The notes below the pieces were generated by a model. That model had not been told where the DNA came from. It did no database searches and saw nothing but the letters and a program-made list of their open reading frames with translations. Shown here piece by piece: positions 45,201-57,374 of a DNA stretch of 64,000 nt (positions within the stretch are counted from its first letter, which is position 1; each line of letters begins with the position of its first letter). The position numbers were made by a program, and so were the translations under genes. The stretch is from Macrostomum lignano. Lineage: Eukaryota. The stretch covers positions 62,001 through 126,000 of the forward strand of contig NIVC01001367.1 of NCBI GenBank assembly GCA_002269645.1, read 5' to 3'.

Positions 45201-48200
45201 CGACAGTTCAATAATTAACCCCATTTGTTTTAACAACTTGCTGAAGCACCTGCAGATGCCATGTACTATTGTGCATGTAGTTTCTTGCCAATTTTGTACT
45301 CGCCACCGCTTTTTTTATAAAAGTGCACCCGCACCGAACTTACATTTCCTAAGTACAAAGTTTCTGTGGAGGCTTTCTTGACCATTAATTTCGTCCATCA
45401 ATTTCAGAACGATGCGAAATCGATCAACGGCTCTGCCGAGCTTCAAGTCTGAATCGTAAGTGGCGCCCGTGATGTGTTGTAACACCTTGACTTGCTGCAA
45501 CTTTGACCTGAGCTGGCGCTTTCCAGTGCTCATCAGCAGCATGAAATCTGCGTCTGATTACTCACTGTCTAGCATGTCCCACCACTGTCCAGCATGTCCT
45601 ACCACTGTCCAGCATGTCCTACCACTGTCCAGCATGTCCTACCACTGTCCAGCATGTCCTAGCACTGTCCAGCATGTCCTAGCACTGTCCAGCATGTCCT
45701 ACCGCTGTCCAGCATGTCCTACCACTGTCCAGCATGTCCTACCGCTGTCCAGCATGTCCTACCGCTGTCCAGCATGTCCTACCGCTGTCCAGCATGTCCT
45801 ACCGCTGTCCAGCATGTCCTACCACTGTCCAGCATGTCCTACCACTGTCCAGCATGTCCTAGCACTGTCCAGCATGTCCTAGCACTGTCCAGCATGTCCT
45901 AGCACTGTCCAGCATGTCCTAGCACTGTCCAGCATGTCCTAGCACTGTCCAGCATGTCCTACCGCTGTCCAGCATGTCCTACCACTGTCCAGCATGTCCT
46001 ACCACTGTCTAGTGTGTCCTCTTCCAATTTTTCCCATGTTTTTTTGCCTCTCTGAAACTCTCAGCCCAATGTGTCCCCGACACAAAATCCAGTAAACCCA
46101 ATCAAGGCGCTGGCCTCCACCAACTCCACATCGCAGTGCTATGCGTGACTGGGTGACAGCCAAGTCCGCAGACCTCAAGCAGCTGGAGGAGCAATGCCGC
46201 ATCCTGCAAAACAACAACCGCTTTTTGAACAACGAGGTCAAGAAGCTGACCAACCTGCGCCAGATGGAGCTGGAGAAGTTTAAAAACCAGGATCGGTTAG
46301 CGGCACGCAAAAACTTTACAATTTGCTAATTTTGCTTCTAATTTATGTTCGCTTTTGGCAAGAAGAAGCAGCGGTCAATTTCAGAATCTACCGCGAGCAG
46401 AAGCTGGAGATTGAGAACTGGAAGCGGGACTACCTGTTCCTGCTGCAGTCCTGCATCACCGTGCCCACTGGAGACGTGTCGGACGGCTTCGAGCTGAATG
46501 TCCACGGCGGACACCGGGTGAGTGAGCCTTCTTCCGCTGTCAATCAGATGAATCTGAAGTCATTTTTCCTGATAAATTTCACACCGAACTCTCCCGAGAG
46601 TGTCCACTTCAGTGTTTTTAGAACGGACTTATTTGGCGCAGCTAAACAAAGTTTTTCATTGAATTTCCACGCTTTCTACCCTGGGTTTAATGGGATTGAG
46701 TGGGATTGAATTTCAGCAACGCTCAACTCAAGAAAGATTGAAAGTTTTTGTTTAACCCCGGTATTCCTTAGCGCTGCAGAATTCCAGTCTGCTTCGAGAC
46801 CAAATAGTTTCACATTGCAGCCGAGCTCGTCATTCCCTAAGACGAAATCTCAAATCCCCTTCCTGTTCACCGTGGCCACTTCAGCACCGGGAGCGGCTGA
46901 CTGAGCTGCTCGAGGACGCTCGCACCGTGAACCCACGTCTGCCCACCTTTGAGAGGTGAGTTGCTACAGCCGCGTGCCTGGGACTCTGAGTCACTGCAGC
47001 GACCGACTGGGATCGGTGCTGCTCCCTGGGGCTTTAGTTAAAAATTAAAAAGTGCTTCAACCTTCTGTAACTGCATGCCTCTGTAGCCTCACCGCATCCG
47101 AGTGCCACGTGGACAGCTTCGGCTTCAAGCACAGCCACGAGAACGAGTCGCTGCTGCTGCACTACATCTGCAGGCAGCTGCACGAGCACTACACCTCTCT
47201 GCTGGACAGGTGGGAGCAGCACCAGCGACAATGGAAGACCTTCATCTCAACCTGCAGGAGCTACACCAAGACGGTAATGCTGCAATGCTAAGCCAAACAA
47301 GTATTTTCAGTCCCTACCTTTCGAAAGACTTTTACAAAAGACCAAAGTTTCTCAACGCTTATGTATACGACCTAACAGTTTCCCGGTGTACTTAAATCAG
47401 CTTCAGCTGTAACATCCACTCTCTTAGGCCATCTAGGGTAGATTAAGAAATAACAGCTCACCCAGACTGATCCGAGACTCCTGTCCCAACCTTCCTGACT
47501 GCAGAAGGAGCTGAAGGGCCTGGTGCGCAACGGCATTCCAAGGATGTTCCGATCCGCAGTGTGGCGAGAGCTGGTGCACTCGCACATCCAGGAAATCCGG
47601 GCGGTGAAGGGCCGGCACTACTACACCACGCTGACGCAGCAGATTCACGACTCGGAGGTGGCCGGCATGCACCGCAAGCAGATCTCGCTGGACCTGCTGC
47701 GCACGATGCCAACCAACATACAGTTCGACTCGAACGACTCGGAGGGGGTCAGTGCAGCCACTGGTTCACGGCAGTGTCATTTGAGTCTGTCAGAAATTAA
47801 TCAGTGTTTCAAATCCTTCGCTTTCAGATCCAGAAGCTGCAGGAGATACTGCAGGCCTTCTGCATCCACAACCCGGCCATCGGCTACTGCCAGGGCATGA
47901 ACTTCCTCGCCGGCATGGGCCTGCTCTTCCTCAGCAAGGAGGACACCTTCTGGCTGCTGGTAGCCATCACAGAGGCCTACTTCCACCCGCTCTACTTCAC
48001 TTCCAATCTCATCGGGGCGCAGGCGGACCAGCTAGTTCTGAAGGACCTGCTGAAGTCGCACTTGCCTGAGCTGCACAGACACCTGGAGGAGCTGGATATT
48101 GACATCTCCACGGTGACGCTCAACTGGTTCCTGGCCGTGTTCTTCGACGCCGTCCCCTTCCCCGCGCTGCTGCGCATCTGGGACTGCTTCCTGCTGGAGG

Positions 48201-51200
48201 GCCCGAAGGTCTTGTTCCGCTTCACCCTCGGCATCCTGAAGTTGCACGAGAAGATCCTGCTGCAGCAGACTGACACCATCAGCGTGTGGAAGCACCTGAA
48301 GGCGGCAGCGAAGCTCACATTCGATGTTGAGGGCTTGGCAAGGGCCGCGTTTGAGGAGCTGCCTGGCATGGCTCACAGGAAGGACATCAGCGTGAAGCAG
48401 AGCTGCTTCATCAACTCGCTAATTGAGCAGGACGAGCGGCGCAAGAAGAAGCGCAAGGCGTACAACGACACAGAGGAGCGCGTGAGTGCAATTAAATCAC
48501 ACCCACTGCGCACCGCCAGCTCTGAGTTCGAATTTACCCATTGCTAACCTCCCGACCCGGCAATATTTGCTACGCTGCACCATCTGCCTCTTTCAAATGC
48601 GTGCACTGTCTATGCTTGCACGAATAAGTGCGATTGGAGCACCAGCACTCGTAGTGGATTGCTAAGCTTTATCCCATATCTACACTAACCAAGTTGCATG
48701 GAGTCGGGTAGTAAGCAAAACCAGCTGTGTAGAGAGGCCCCGTTCTGTTGTCTGTCTGGCTTACTCCCTTTAGTTTACTCTTTTTGCGGCCTCTGGTAAT
48801 AATCATATCTCACAAGCAATGTCGTCGTGCTCCAAGTAGCCTATTCGCGTACTATTAGTGCTGACGTCAGCGACCCGAGTGTTTTCTCGAACGCCCGAAG
48901 CCTTCAGTTCCAAGCAAGCAGAGCAGCCCGCGGCGCCCCGCCCTGTGCCAATTTTGCAGAACCAAAGACTGCAAAGCTCGCCCATGAGGAATTTCACTGT
49001 CCGGGCCACCATGGCCTACGAAAGCATTCGCCGACTCTCTCACCGAACGGCAAGTAGCAAAGCAACTCCAAGCAATAGAAGAGTGCGGTGCCAATAGAAT
49101 GCTTTGCCATTTTTGGTGAATTTGTTTTCTCATCTTTTACACTCATTGGTTTTGGTAGGATTTGTGCGTTTCTAGTGTACATGCTTTTTCCTTGATTCCG
49201 AAATTGAATTCGTTTTTTTCTTACGAGCCTTATCGAGTAATGAAAAGCTTGCTTTGCCATTTCAATATGAATGATTTTAGGATTAAAATTTTCAGCATTC
49301 GCTGACTGGCAACAATACAGCCGGTTCTGTGCGAGTCAAACGCTCCAAACGTTGCAGAGAGCGATGCTAAGTGCGCCCAGCCAGTCTTACCAGAGCCCCG
49401 CCCTAATCGCCATTTCAGTTTCGGGAGATGGAGACCCGCAGTGTCGACCGGCCAATCATCGAGTGCGGCGGCTCCTTTCTAGACGGCAACACCTGGATCT
49501 GCTACGGAGACCAGAACCGCACCAGGATCTGCAAGCTGCAGCCGGAAGAGAATCTCATGTACAACCTGCGAGAGGAGGTGCGTGTTCATCACCCTTCACT
49601 TGCTTCATGCTGATATCACAAAAGCAACTCTCCGCCATGCACTTTTTACCTGTTCGATTCCCAGATTGACTCTCGCGTGATGTGCGTGTGCGCTCTGGAC
49701 GCCAGCGTTGTGCTGCTCGGGACGCTCAACATGTACATCATCGCATTCGATACGGAGGCTGAGTAAGCTGGCTGCTGATGCGTTTTGCCTATTTCAGTAT
49801 CAATTTGTTCATAAGAATTTATCGCTATTAATCAAACTTCGCTACTCAACGGGCCTGCAGAGAGCGCCTGTGGCAGTGCCGCATCCACGACTCCGTGCTG
49901 GACATCTGCGCCAGCGCCGCCTCCGACCGAATCGCCAACCGCGTCTTCGCGGCTCTGGCAAACGGCTCAGTGGCCGTGCTGGACCACGTCGGACACGAGG
50001 AGCCCAACAACAATATCTTCTACGTGAATCTCAGCACGTCACCTCTGACCTCGCTACTGCTGGTCAACACGGACCTGTGGGTCGCGTGCGGCAACTACGT
50101 ACAGCTGCTGGACGCCGAGTGCCTCGATCCAAAGGAGAAATTCCACGTGTCCAACAACCCGTTCGACTCCATCCTATGCCTCAAGCGCAGCCGGTTCGGC
50201 ATCTGGATCGCCGTCCGCGGCTCGTCCGTGATCGAACTATGGGATGAGGACACGCTTACCTGCTGTCTGCTGTACGACGTTAAGGAACTCAAATATCCGA
50301 TTTTCCGCAAGGACGACGAGACGCTGTTCAATCCTTGGCGCATTACTTCCATCCTGCCGTTCGAGGATTCACTGTGGGTTGGCACCGGCAGCGGTGACCT
50401 TGTTGTGTTCACCGTCTCCTACATCAGCAAGAAGAGGGTTTCCTCCAATCACTCTGACGCTTTGAAGAACCAAGCGTCCGCCAAGCGTCCGGACACACTC
50501 ATGACCAGGTCGACCGTCAAGGAGAAGGTTGAGAAGTACCTCAGCGCAATAGACCAGCCGCTCACCAAGGCGGTGCTGAAGAAGGAGGCATCGGACGAGT
50601 CGACACCCAGGGCGTCTCCCTACAACTCACCGGCTCACACGCGCTTGGCCCCGCGGGTGCATCGCATGTCCCGCAGCTGCCAGACGCTGAGCAACCACCG
50701 AAAGCAGATAATGGTGCGCAAGAGCCAGCACGACACCGAAGACCCGAAAGTGCTCGACTTGCGTCTAGACGACGAAATCGTTGAAAGGGACGCCTTCCAC
50801 CTGGAGATCTTCTTGCAGATGGGCGCAGAGAACACGCGAGTGGAGGTGCAGGACAAGGCAACACTCACCGACCCAGCCATGATGGCAGCAGAGCACCCAG
50901 GACCCCGTCGACAGGATGCTACAGACCACAGGAGCATTACTACCGACGAAGAGAGCGACAATGTTTTCGAAGACGCCAAAGACTCGGATTCGGCCAGCCG
51001 AATGGACGGACGAGTCGCCGCACCGCAAGGCGCCGCCGCTGTTGCAGCCGAAGCGACAGTGGTGACGCCGGAGCCATCCAGCCCAGTCTCGGGCCAGGCC
51101 GCCGCAGCAGTGCAGCAGTCCCCGTACGAATGCTTCGCCTCCGCCGAGGAGACGGAGACTCCGGGATCGCAGCCGTCTCGACCGTCACCGTTCCTGACTG

Positions 51201-51736
51201 CCGCCAGCTCCAATGCCACTGCGCTGCAGCCATTCGAGAACATCGTGAATCAGGACCAGCCGTACGACTACAACCTGATGCTGACGGTCAGAAACAAAGT
51301 GTCAGAGTCGCCGATAAAATGCCTCATCTTGACCAAGTGAGTAGAGAGTGGGGCTCTAGTGACTAGAACATGGGCCCCAACTGTCGCAATAAATTCTCAC
51401 AAAATTTCAGGCCGGGCTACCGGGGCGACTGCTACATCATCTCGTGCTCGAGCAGGTTCGGTGAGGATGAAGCCGTGCTGAAATGGCGACGCGAGAACCA
51501 GGATGTGAGTCACGGCTACTGGTAGTTCTGCCGATACTTTGATAATAATAATAATTGATAATAATTTTCGCAATTTTCAGCAGCAGATTTGGACCAACGA
51601 ACCGATCTTCGAGGTGAACCCCATCACGAAGATCATCCAGTTCCCCACCTACATGGCTGTGCGCAACCGCCTCGGCAGTAACCGCAGCGAGCATTCGGCC
51701 AAGCCGAAGGACAGCTCGACCTGCCTGACCGACTAG
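30236..51736 (+). CDS. TBC1D2/TBC-2-like RabGAP: PH + coiled coil + TBC + C-terminal beta-propeller-like region; 20 exons, ~1653 aa
   Basis: Exons 30236-30287, 30378-30561, 30695-30851, 33356-33533, 34276-34362, 40100-40517, 42750-42818, 44279-44422, 44714-44956, 46137-46295, 46385-46517, 46885-46955, 47087-47273, 47505-47747, 47828-48481, 49419-49577, 49665-49762, 49861-51336, 51411-51504, 51581-51736 are all phase-compatible. PH: YYVFEE..LHFYK..LGTINV..F.LQAENHESMMIWL. TBC: LVRNGIP..R..VW, ISLDLLRT (Arg finger), IGYCQGMNF (Gln finger), LLRIWDCFLLEG.KVLFR. Confidence 0.9.
31950..32320. repeat. 80-bp tandem repeat x~4.7
   Basis: ATAGTCTATGG recurs at 31951, 32031, 32111, 32191 and 32271. Confidence 0.95.
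32680..32960. repeat. 21-bp minisatellite (CTGAATCTCGAGTCCCAAACC), ~13 copies
   Basis: Direct periodicity. Confidence 0.94.
34405..38290. repeat. ~38-45-bp minisatellite (~95 copies): constant 33-bp core plus variable C-run
   Basis: GAATGTGTCCGACTGTCCTGATTGCTCTGCCTG(C)4-11 inside TBC gene intron 5. Confidence 0.97.
39200..39982. repeat. 56-bp minisatellite (~14 copies)
   Basis: TGTTTCTTAGAAAGTTCCCTGCCGAGATGGGAAAGTATCAATTTGTCAACACAAAC. Confidence 0.96.
40533..41397. repeat. 33-34-bp minisatellite (~25 copies) starting just after exon 6 donor
   Basis: CTGCGGGAGCCCCCTGTCAGTGCCCCCCTCTGAC. Confidence 0.96.
41840..42712. repeat. 12-bp minisatellite (GAATCTCATTGG variants, ~72 copies)
   Basis: Direct periodicity; produces the NLIG/MRF artefact ORFs. 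Confidence 0.95.
43040..44220. repeat. 16-bp minisatellite (GAGACTCTGGGACTAT, ~73 copies)
   Basis: Highly homogeneous array. Confidence 0.97.
45560..46010. repeat. 20-bp minisatellite (CACTGTCCAGCATGTCCTAC, ~22 copies)
   Basis: Direct periodicity. Confidence 0.96.
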
Positions 51737-53124
51737 AGAGCGGCCGCGGCACACAGACCTCGGAGACGAATTATCCCATTATCCCAGTCTATCAGTGTCA
51801 CAACATTTTATTCATTCCTGCATTAATGTAATGAAAATTTTACAGTTTGGAAGCGGTTGGATCCTGTTATGCTAAATTTTATCTGTGGTTGCTGCTTGAC
51901 CAACTTCGAGCATCGGGCGCGGACCCGCTGATTCAGTTTCTGACTCCCAGCTGGGCCAGTTTTCGCTGTTCGAAGCTCTAGAGCAGCTTTTTTACATTTC
52001 TGATCGCGATTCTCTCAATGCAACATGTGATTGACAGGCCCATGTTCGAACTTTATTTATTCCCGATGCACACGATTATCCCCCCCCCGACTTCTCGTGC
52101 CGAAATCCCGCTGCTTGCTCCTCGGATGAGTGTCTATTTTTGATTTCTACCGCATCGCTGCTCAGCCAAGAGTTTCTCCTTCTATTTTCCATTTCCCCCA
52201 TCGTCAACAGTGCCTCAGCTGCCGCAGCCTCCGGCGGCCCACCAGCTTCAGTGTTGTGCCCCCCCCTTGCGGTTTCAGCGGCCTTCGCATCCGCACAGTT
52301 TTTACGCGCACCTTTCAAGCCATGCATTCCGGAGCGATTGTTTTAATCGTCACATGATTTCTATTTTTAAATGCTATGCATCAAATAGCAGCTCGCGAGC
52401 GCACACATCTTTCTCTCCCTCACTGCTCACCTCGACTCGGCCCCGGGAGTTTGCGGTTAGCGATGCAGCTGGTGAGCAGGCGCAGAAGCCGGGCTCAGGA
52501 GATGCTGGACTCAGAAGGCGATGCCGCTCGTAAATGCAAGCCCCTTGGGCTGAGGTCGACCCCATTCGTGTCAAAAGTTTAGCGCTTAACTTGTCTTAAG
52601 TTTTTATGAATTAAATAAAGCGTACCAAAATTCGCCGCTGCCTTCTCCGATAGCCCCCGCAGCACCTCATCTGTGTACTTGTCTTTCATCCGGTAAGCCC
52701 TCATCGCGATTCTGTGTTGTTCTGGCTTGGTGAAAAATTGTCGCGTACTCTACTTGCAGTAGTCGGGTTTGCGCGCTTCTTCGTAATACTTTTTACTCAC
52801 TTTGACCCCTTTGTTATTTTCACTGTCGCATAATAAAAATGTATTGGATTCTTGGCACGAGTGTTTGGCCTCATTTTTTGCGTTGCAGACGAAATGACTC
52901 AAAAAGGAATGGATGAAAACAGGTAGAAACTATTGGAGTCTATTTATTGGAGATTTTTAGAGCATCGAATTAAAAATTTTTGAACCAGTCAAAAACAGGG
53001 CGGTGATCCGGCGGCACTGCGCGAGTTCGGGTACCAAATAAAAAACTTTTGGTTAAATTTGTAACAAAAACAATGAGTTAATTTTGCGTTACGAATATGA
53101 CATGCAAATCAGTTAAATTCTTAT

Positions 53125-53255
53125 AAATCTGGATAAATATGCGCTCCACAAATCTGGATAAATATGCGCTCCACAAATCTGGATAAATATGCGCTCCACA
53201 AATCTTGATAAATATGCGCTCCACAAATCTGGATAAATATGCGCTCCACAAATCT
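53125..53255. repeat. 25-bp tandem repeat x5
   Basis: AAATCTGGATAAATATGCGCTCCAC. Confidence 0.94.
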
Positions 53256-53349
53256 TTTTGCGTGTGTCGACCTTTCCTCGTCGAAGCTTAAAAAAATTCA
53301 ATTCTTGCCGTCAGCAGGGCTTAAAAACCCTTTCGAACCAAGAAGGGAG

Positions 53350-53785
53350 CTCATCCCACACTACAAACCTATTTAAGCTATGTAACTCTCTCATCCCACA
53401 CTACAAACCTATTTAGGCTCTGTAACACTGTCTCATCCTACACTACAAACCTATTTAGGCTCTGTAACACTGTCTCATCCTACACTACAAACCTATTTAG
53501 GCTCTGTAACACTGTCTCATCCTACACTACAAACCTATTTAAGCTATGTAACTCTCTCATCCCACACTACAAACCTATTTAGGCTCTGTAACACTGTCTC
53601 ATCCTACACTACAAACCTATTTAGGCTCTGTAACACTGTCTCATCCTACACTACAAACCTATTTAGGCTCTGTAACTCTCTCATCCTACACTACAAACCT
53701 ATTTAGGCTCTGTAACACTGTCTCATCCTACACTACAAACCTATTTAGGCTCTGTAACACTGTCTCATCTCACACTACAAACCTC
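53350..53785. repeat. 40-42-bp minisatellite (~10 copies)
   Basis: CTCATCCTACACTACAAACCTATTTAGGCTCTGTAACACTGT. Confidence 0.95.
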
Positions 53786-53986
53786 CTATCGGATGCTAAG
53801 GCTTTAAAGCACATGAACAGCTCTGCTGACAATCCACCTGGCAACTTGGGTTTAAAATAGTGATAATAATAGCATTGTTATCCTCCTGATCATTTTACAT
53901 CCCATAAAATCTGTTAATAGCAAAAAAAACTGTCTGAGAACAGCAGATCAAAATGTGTGTCAAACTGAGGCCGACAGCGAAAAGAG

Positions 53987-55341
53987 TCAGAACTTGCTTG
54001 TGAAGCTCAGCAAGAGGAGAGCGACAGCCACGCCGAATGGAGCTGACGGACTCGGCGCGCTACGGACGCTGGCGTTGGATCCTGTCGTGGTGGCTGCACG
54101 ACTGCTGGTGGTGGTTGTGGCCGGTGTTGTTGTTGATTGCGGACCGTTGCAGTCGCTGGTGCTGCAGGAGGTGCAGCCATAGAGTGCAGCTGTTCTTGGG
54201 GTGCACGCGCCGCACCCGCTGAGGGGAATGATGTCTTTGCCGGCAACAGTTCCCTGTAGTAAAATTTGCTTGCTTAGAACTGTCAAGAAAATTGGCGCAG
54301 AGTTGAGCGCAAATGTCGTACCAATGATCGAGTCAGACTGTAGCATGTGCTAATTCCCTTGACGCAAAAGTCTCACCAATGATCGAGTCAGACTGTAGCA
54401 TGTGCTAATTCCCTTGACGCAAAAGTCTCACCAATGATCGAGTCAGACTGTAGCATGTGCTAATTCCCTTGACGCAAAAGTCTCACCAATGATCGAGTCA
54501 GACTGTAGCATGTGCTAATTCCCTTGACGCAAAAGTCTCACCAATGATCGAGTCAGACTGTAGCATGTGCTAATTCCCTTGACGCAAAAGTCTCACCAAT
54601 GATCGAGTCACACTGTATCATGTGCTAATTCCCTTGACGCAAAAGTCTCACCAATGATCGAGTCAGACTGTAGCATGTGCTAATTCCCTTGACGCAAAAG
54701 TCTCACCAATGATCGAGTCAGACTGTAGCATGTGCTAATTCCCTTGGCGCAAAAATCTCACCAATGATCGAGTCAGACTGTAGCATGTGCTAATTCCCTT
54801 GGCGCAAGTGACAGACTGCGAGTTGTTCCCGGAGTCGCGATGGATGCAGGTGAGCGCGGACATCTCGGCAGTGTTGCACAGATCGGAGCTGCATTTCGCA
54901 CAGGAAGGCATCGTGTCAGCGCTGCAGTTGCCGCAGCCGTACACGTAGTGCGGCGTGTCGATGTTCTGTCATAAATGCCAAAAATCCGAATTAGCATGCT
55001 AAGCAATATCCAAGCATGTGCAGGTAAAAGACAGGTAAATGCGATTTACCATGATTGCCGAGAAACAGGTCGTTATTCCAGTCTGACAGGTCATCGAGGT
55101 TTCATTGCTAACGGGACCCGAGATGTTGTACCTGCCATAGTAGCACCTGAAGGGTGTTGGCAGGGCTGTGTTGCACAGGTTCGAGCCGCAGTTCACGCAG
55201 GCCGGGTCCTCAGTCTGGTTGCAGGTTCCGCAGCCGAAGTAGGTCTGCAGGGCGGGGGGCGCATTGGATGTCAGCCAAAATGCTTTCAGCCGAGAAACTA
55301 CAAGATCTCTTTCTAGATACTCACTAACCAATAGCACACAC

Positions 55342-55386
<45 letters not shown>

Positions 55387-56549
55387 GAAGCTCCGTGAGT
55401 ACTATAGCGTCTCGCCTAGTTTTACGCCTAACGTAAAGTTCAGCAAACTTTTATTTCGCTCTCAGAACTTAGAAACTACCGGTGGAAATGAGTGCCCGGA
55501 TGTCTTACTGTGTTGGATGAATAGTCAGCCGGAAACTTGGTGTACGAGAAGCACGAAGAGAATCCAGCTGTGCAGGCCAACGAAACACCGTTGCTAGTTG
55601 GCGACGATGAGACGTCATACTTATTGGCGTAGCAGCGGAGGGTCGAGGAGGTCCGGTTGTTGCAGTAGTCCTTAGTGCATTCCAAGCATGTCGGATCACC
55701 CTGGGGGCACCTGCCGCAGGCGGCAAAGTTTCCCGTTTCCTGAAAGTTAACAAATTCAATCAAATGTCGAGTCATTCTTAACCGTAATTAACCATACGTG
55801 CGTATTCAATCACTTCGAACCTGGACACCAGCAGTTGAAAATGGAATATACTGGTGAAATACGGCTAAAAAACCGCTAGAAGCTCTAGGAGCAGCAGAAG
55901 CTGCGCGTAGGTGGGAGAAATAATTGAGCTGGGTCTGTGCCTGTAGAGGATCTGCGCCTGTAGTGGATCTGTGCCTGTAGAGGGTCTGTGCCTGTAGAGG
56001 ATCTGTGCCTGTAGAGGGTCTGTGCCTGTAGAGGATCTGTGCCTGTAGAGGATCTCTGCCTGTAGAGGATCTGTGCCTGTAAAGGGTCTGTGCCTGTAGA
56101 GGATCTGTGCCTGTAGAGGATCTGCGCCTGTAGTGGATCTGTGCCTGTAGAGGGTCTGTGCCTGTAGAGGGTCTGTGCCTGTAGAGGGCTGGGCTTGTAG
56201 AGTAGAGGATCTACATAGAGAGGACATGTAGAGGACATGAAATCCTAGGTGCGGTTGCCACAGAATATAAAATATAAAATGACTTGTTTGCAGAATAATC
56301 AGGCAAGGCCTCACCCCAGCTGGTGTGTAGGAGTGGCAGTGTGAATAACCACAGTAGTATCCGCTGCCGTTGGAGGTCTCGTCAGAACTTCCAGTTCGTA
56401 TCCAGCAGACAATGGGAAAGCATCTGCCTGCAATGCAAATCCGCTGCTCAATACTAGCAGTTCCTTGGCAATCACATACAGTTGGTTCTGAACTTACCTA
56501 AGTCGACGATTGCAAAGGCGATCAGCAAAAAGTACGAGAACTTCATCAT
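53987..56549 (-). CDS. Secreted, probably GPI-anchored protein with four 8-Cys Ly6/uPAR-like repeats; exons 56549-56498, 56427-56315, 55739-55509, 55244-55050, 54965-54762, 54253-53987; ~353 aa
   Basis: Signal peptide MMKFSYFLLIAFAIVDLG; four repeats ending C..C..D/N.CN with CG.C cores; Thr/Ser stalk and hydrophobic tail (APFGVAVALLLLSF). Splice phases are consistent. Confidence 0.82.
54321..54807 (-). repeat. 55-bp repeat x9 spanning the exon 5/intron 5 junction of the Ly6-like gene
   Basis: CCAATGATCGAG recurs every 55 bp from 54321 to 54761; the most upstream copy is the exon end. Confidence 0.96.
55335..55385. repeat. (CA)n microsatellite
   Basis: Direct. Confidence 0.95.
55930..56195. 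repeat. 17-bp minisatellite (TCTGTGCCTGTAGAGGA, ~15 copies)
   Basis: Direct periodicity in intron 2 of the Ly6-like gene. Confidence 0.94.
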
Positions 56550-57374
56550 TGTAGTGTGCGCTGAGGATCCTCCTGTCAGAGCGACTGCTCGTCTCACATT
56601 TCTGGTGTCTCATATTTATACGGAAATTACTGAATGAATGATGCAAACAAATTTCTAACATTTTTTATTTACAAAAACAGTCGTGATGCGGCATAAATTT
56701 GAATTAATTAGGCGAATTAGAGTGGCATTTTTGTAGTCCCTAGATGGAAAGCCTTTCGCAGCAGAGATTTATTGCTTGTTTGACTGTCCTTGCACTGCCG
56801 TTATTTAACACCTGCATTCGGCCATAAACTTATTAGACAATACCAGCGATCATAAATTATGGCATCGCATCATTGCGAATTCGAACAATAAGGCGGCGTT
56901 TCTCATTGTGCTCGGCGCGCATTCGGCCACCCCGACTTGACGCGTTTCTTTGGCGAGAAGCGAGAATTATGCGACTGGTGAGTTTTTTTGACAAGACTTT
57001 AATTTGCTAGGAATTGCAATTAGCACTCGGTCTGTTTGAGGCGTTTTTTTTTAATCCTTCGTTTCACAGCCTTCGCCTGAACTATTTCAGTGCAGCTGCA
57101 CTCAGCGCTTCAGCTGAGATTAAATATAGCTCAATAAATTGCCCGCTAGCTCTTCGAAATTCCTTTTGATGAAGAAAATGAAGAAATGAAAATAAAGAAT
57201 TTTAGCCTAAGGGTAGATTTCCACCTAAATATGCTATGAAGGTTCGTTGATCGCTAAAGCAATAAATCTACATTCAGTATAAATAAATATTCAGTATAAA
57301 TAAATATTCAGTATCAATTAATTGTCGCTGGGGCTCCGTTCGGTCGCAAGAGCAAAGTGAGGATAGGAATGGCG

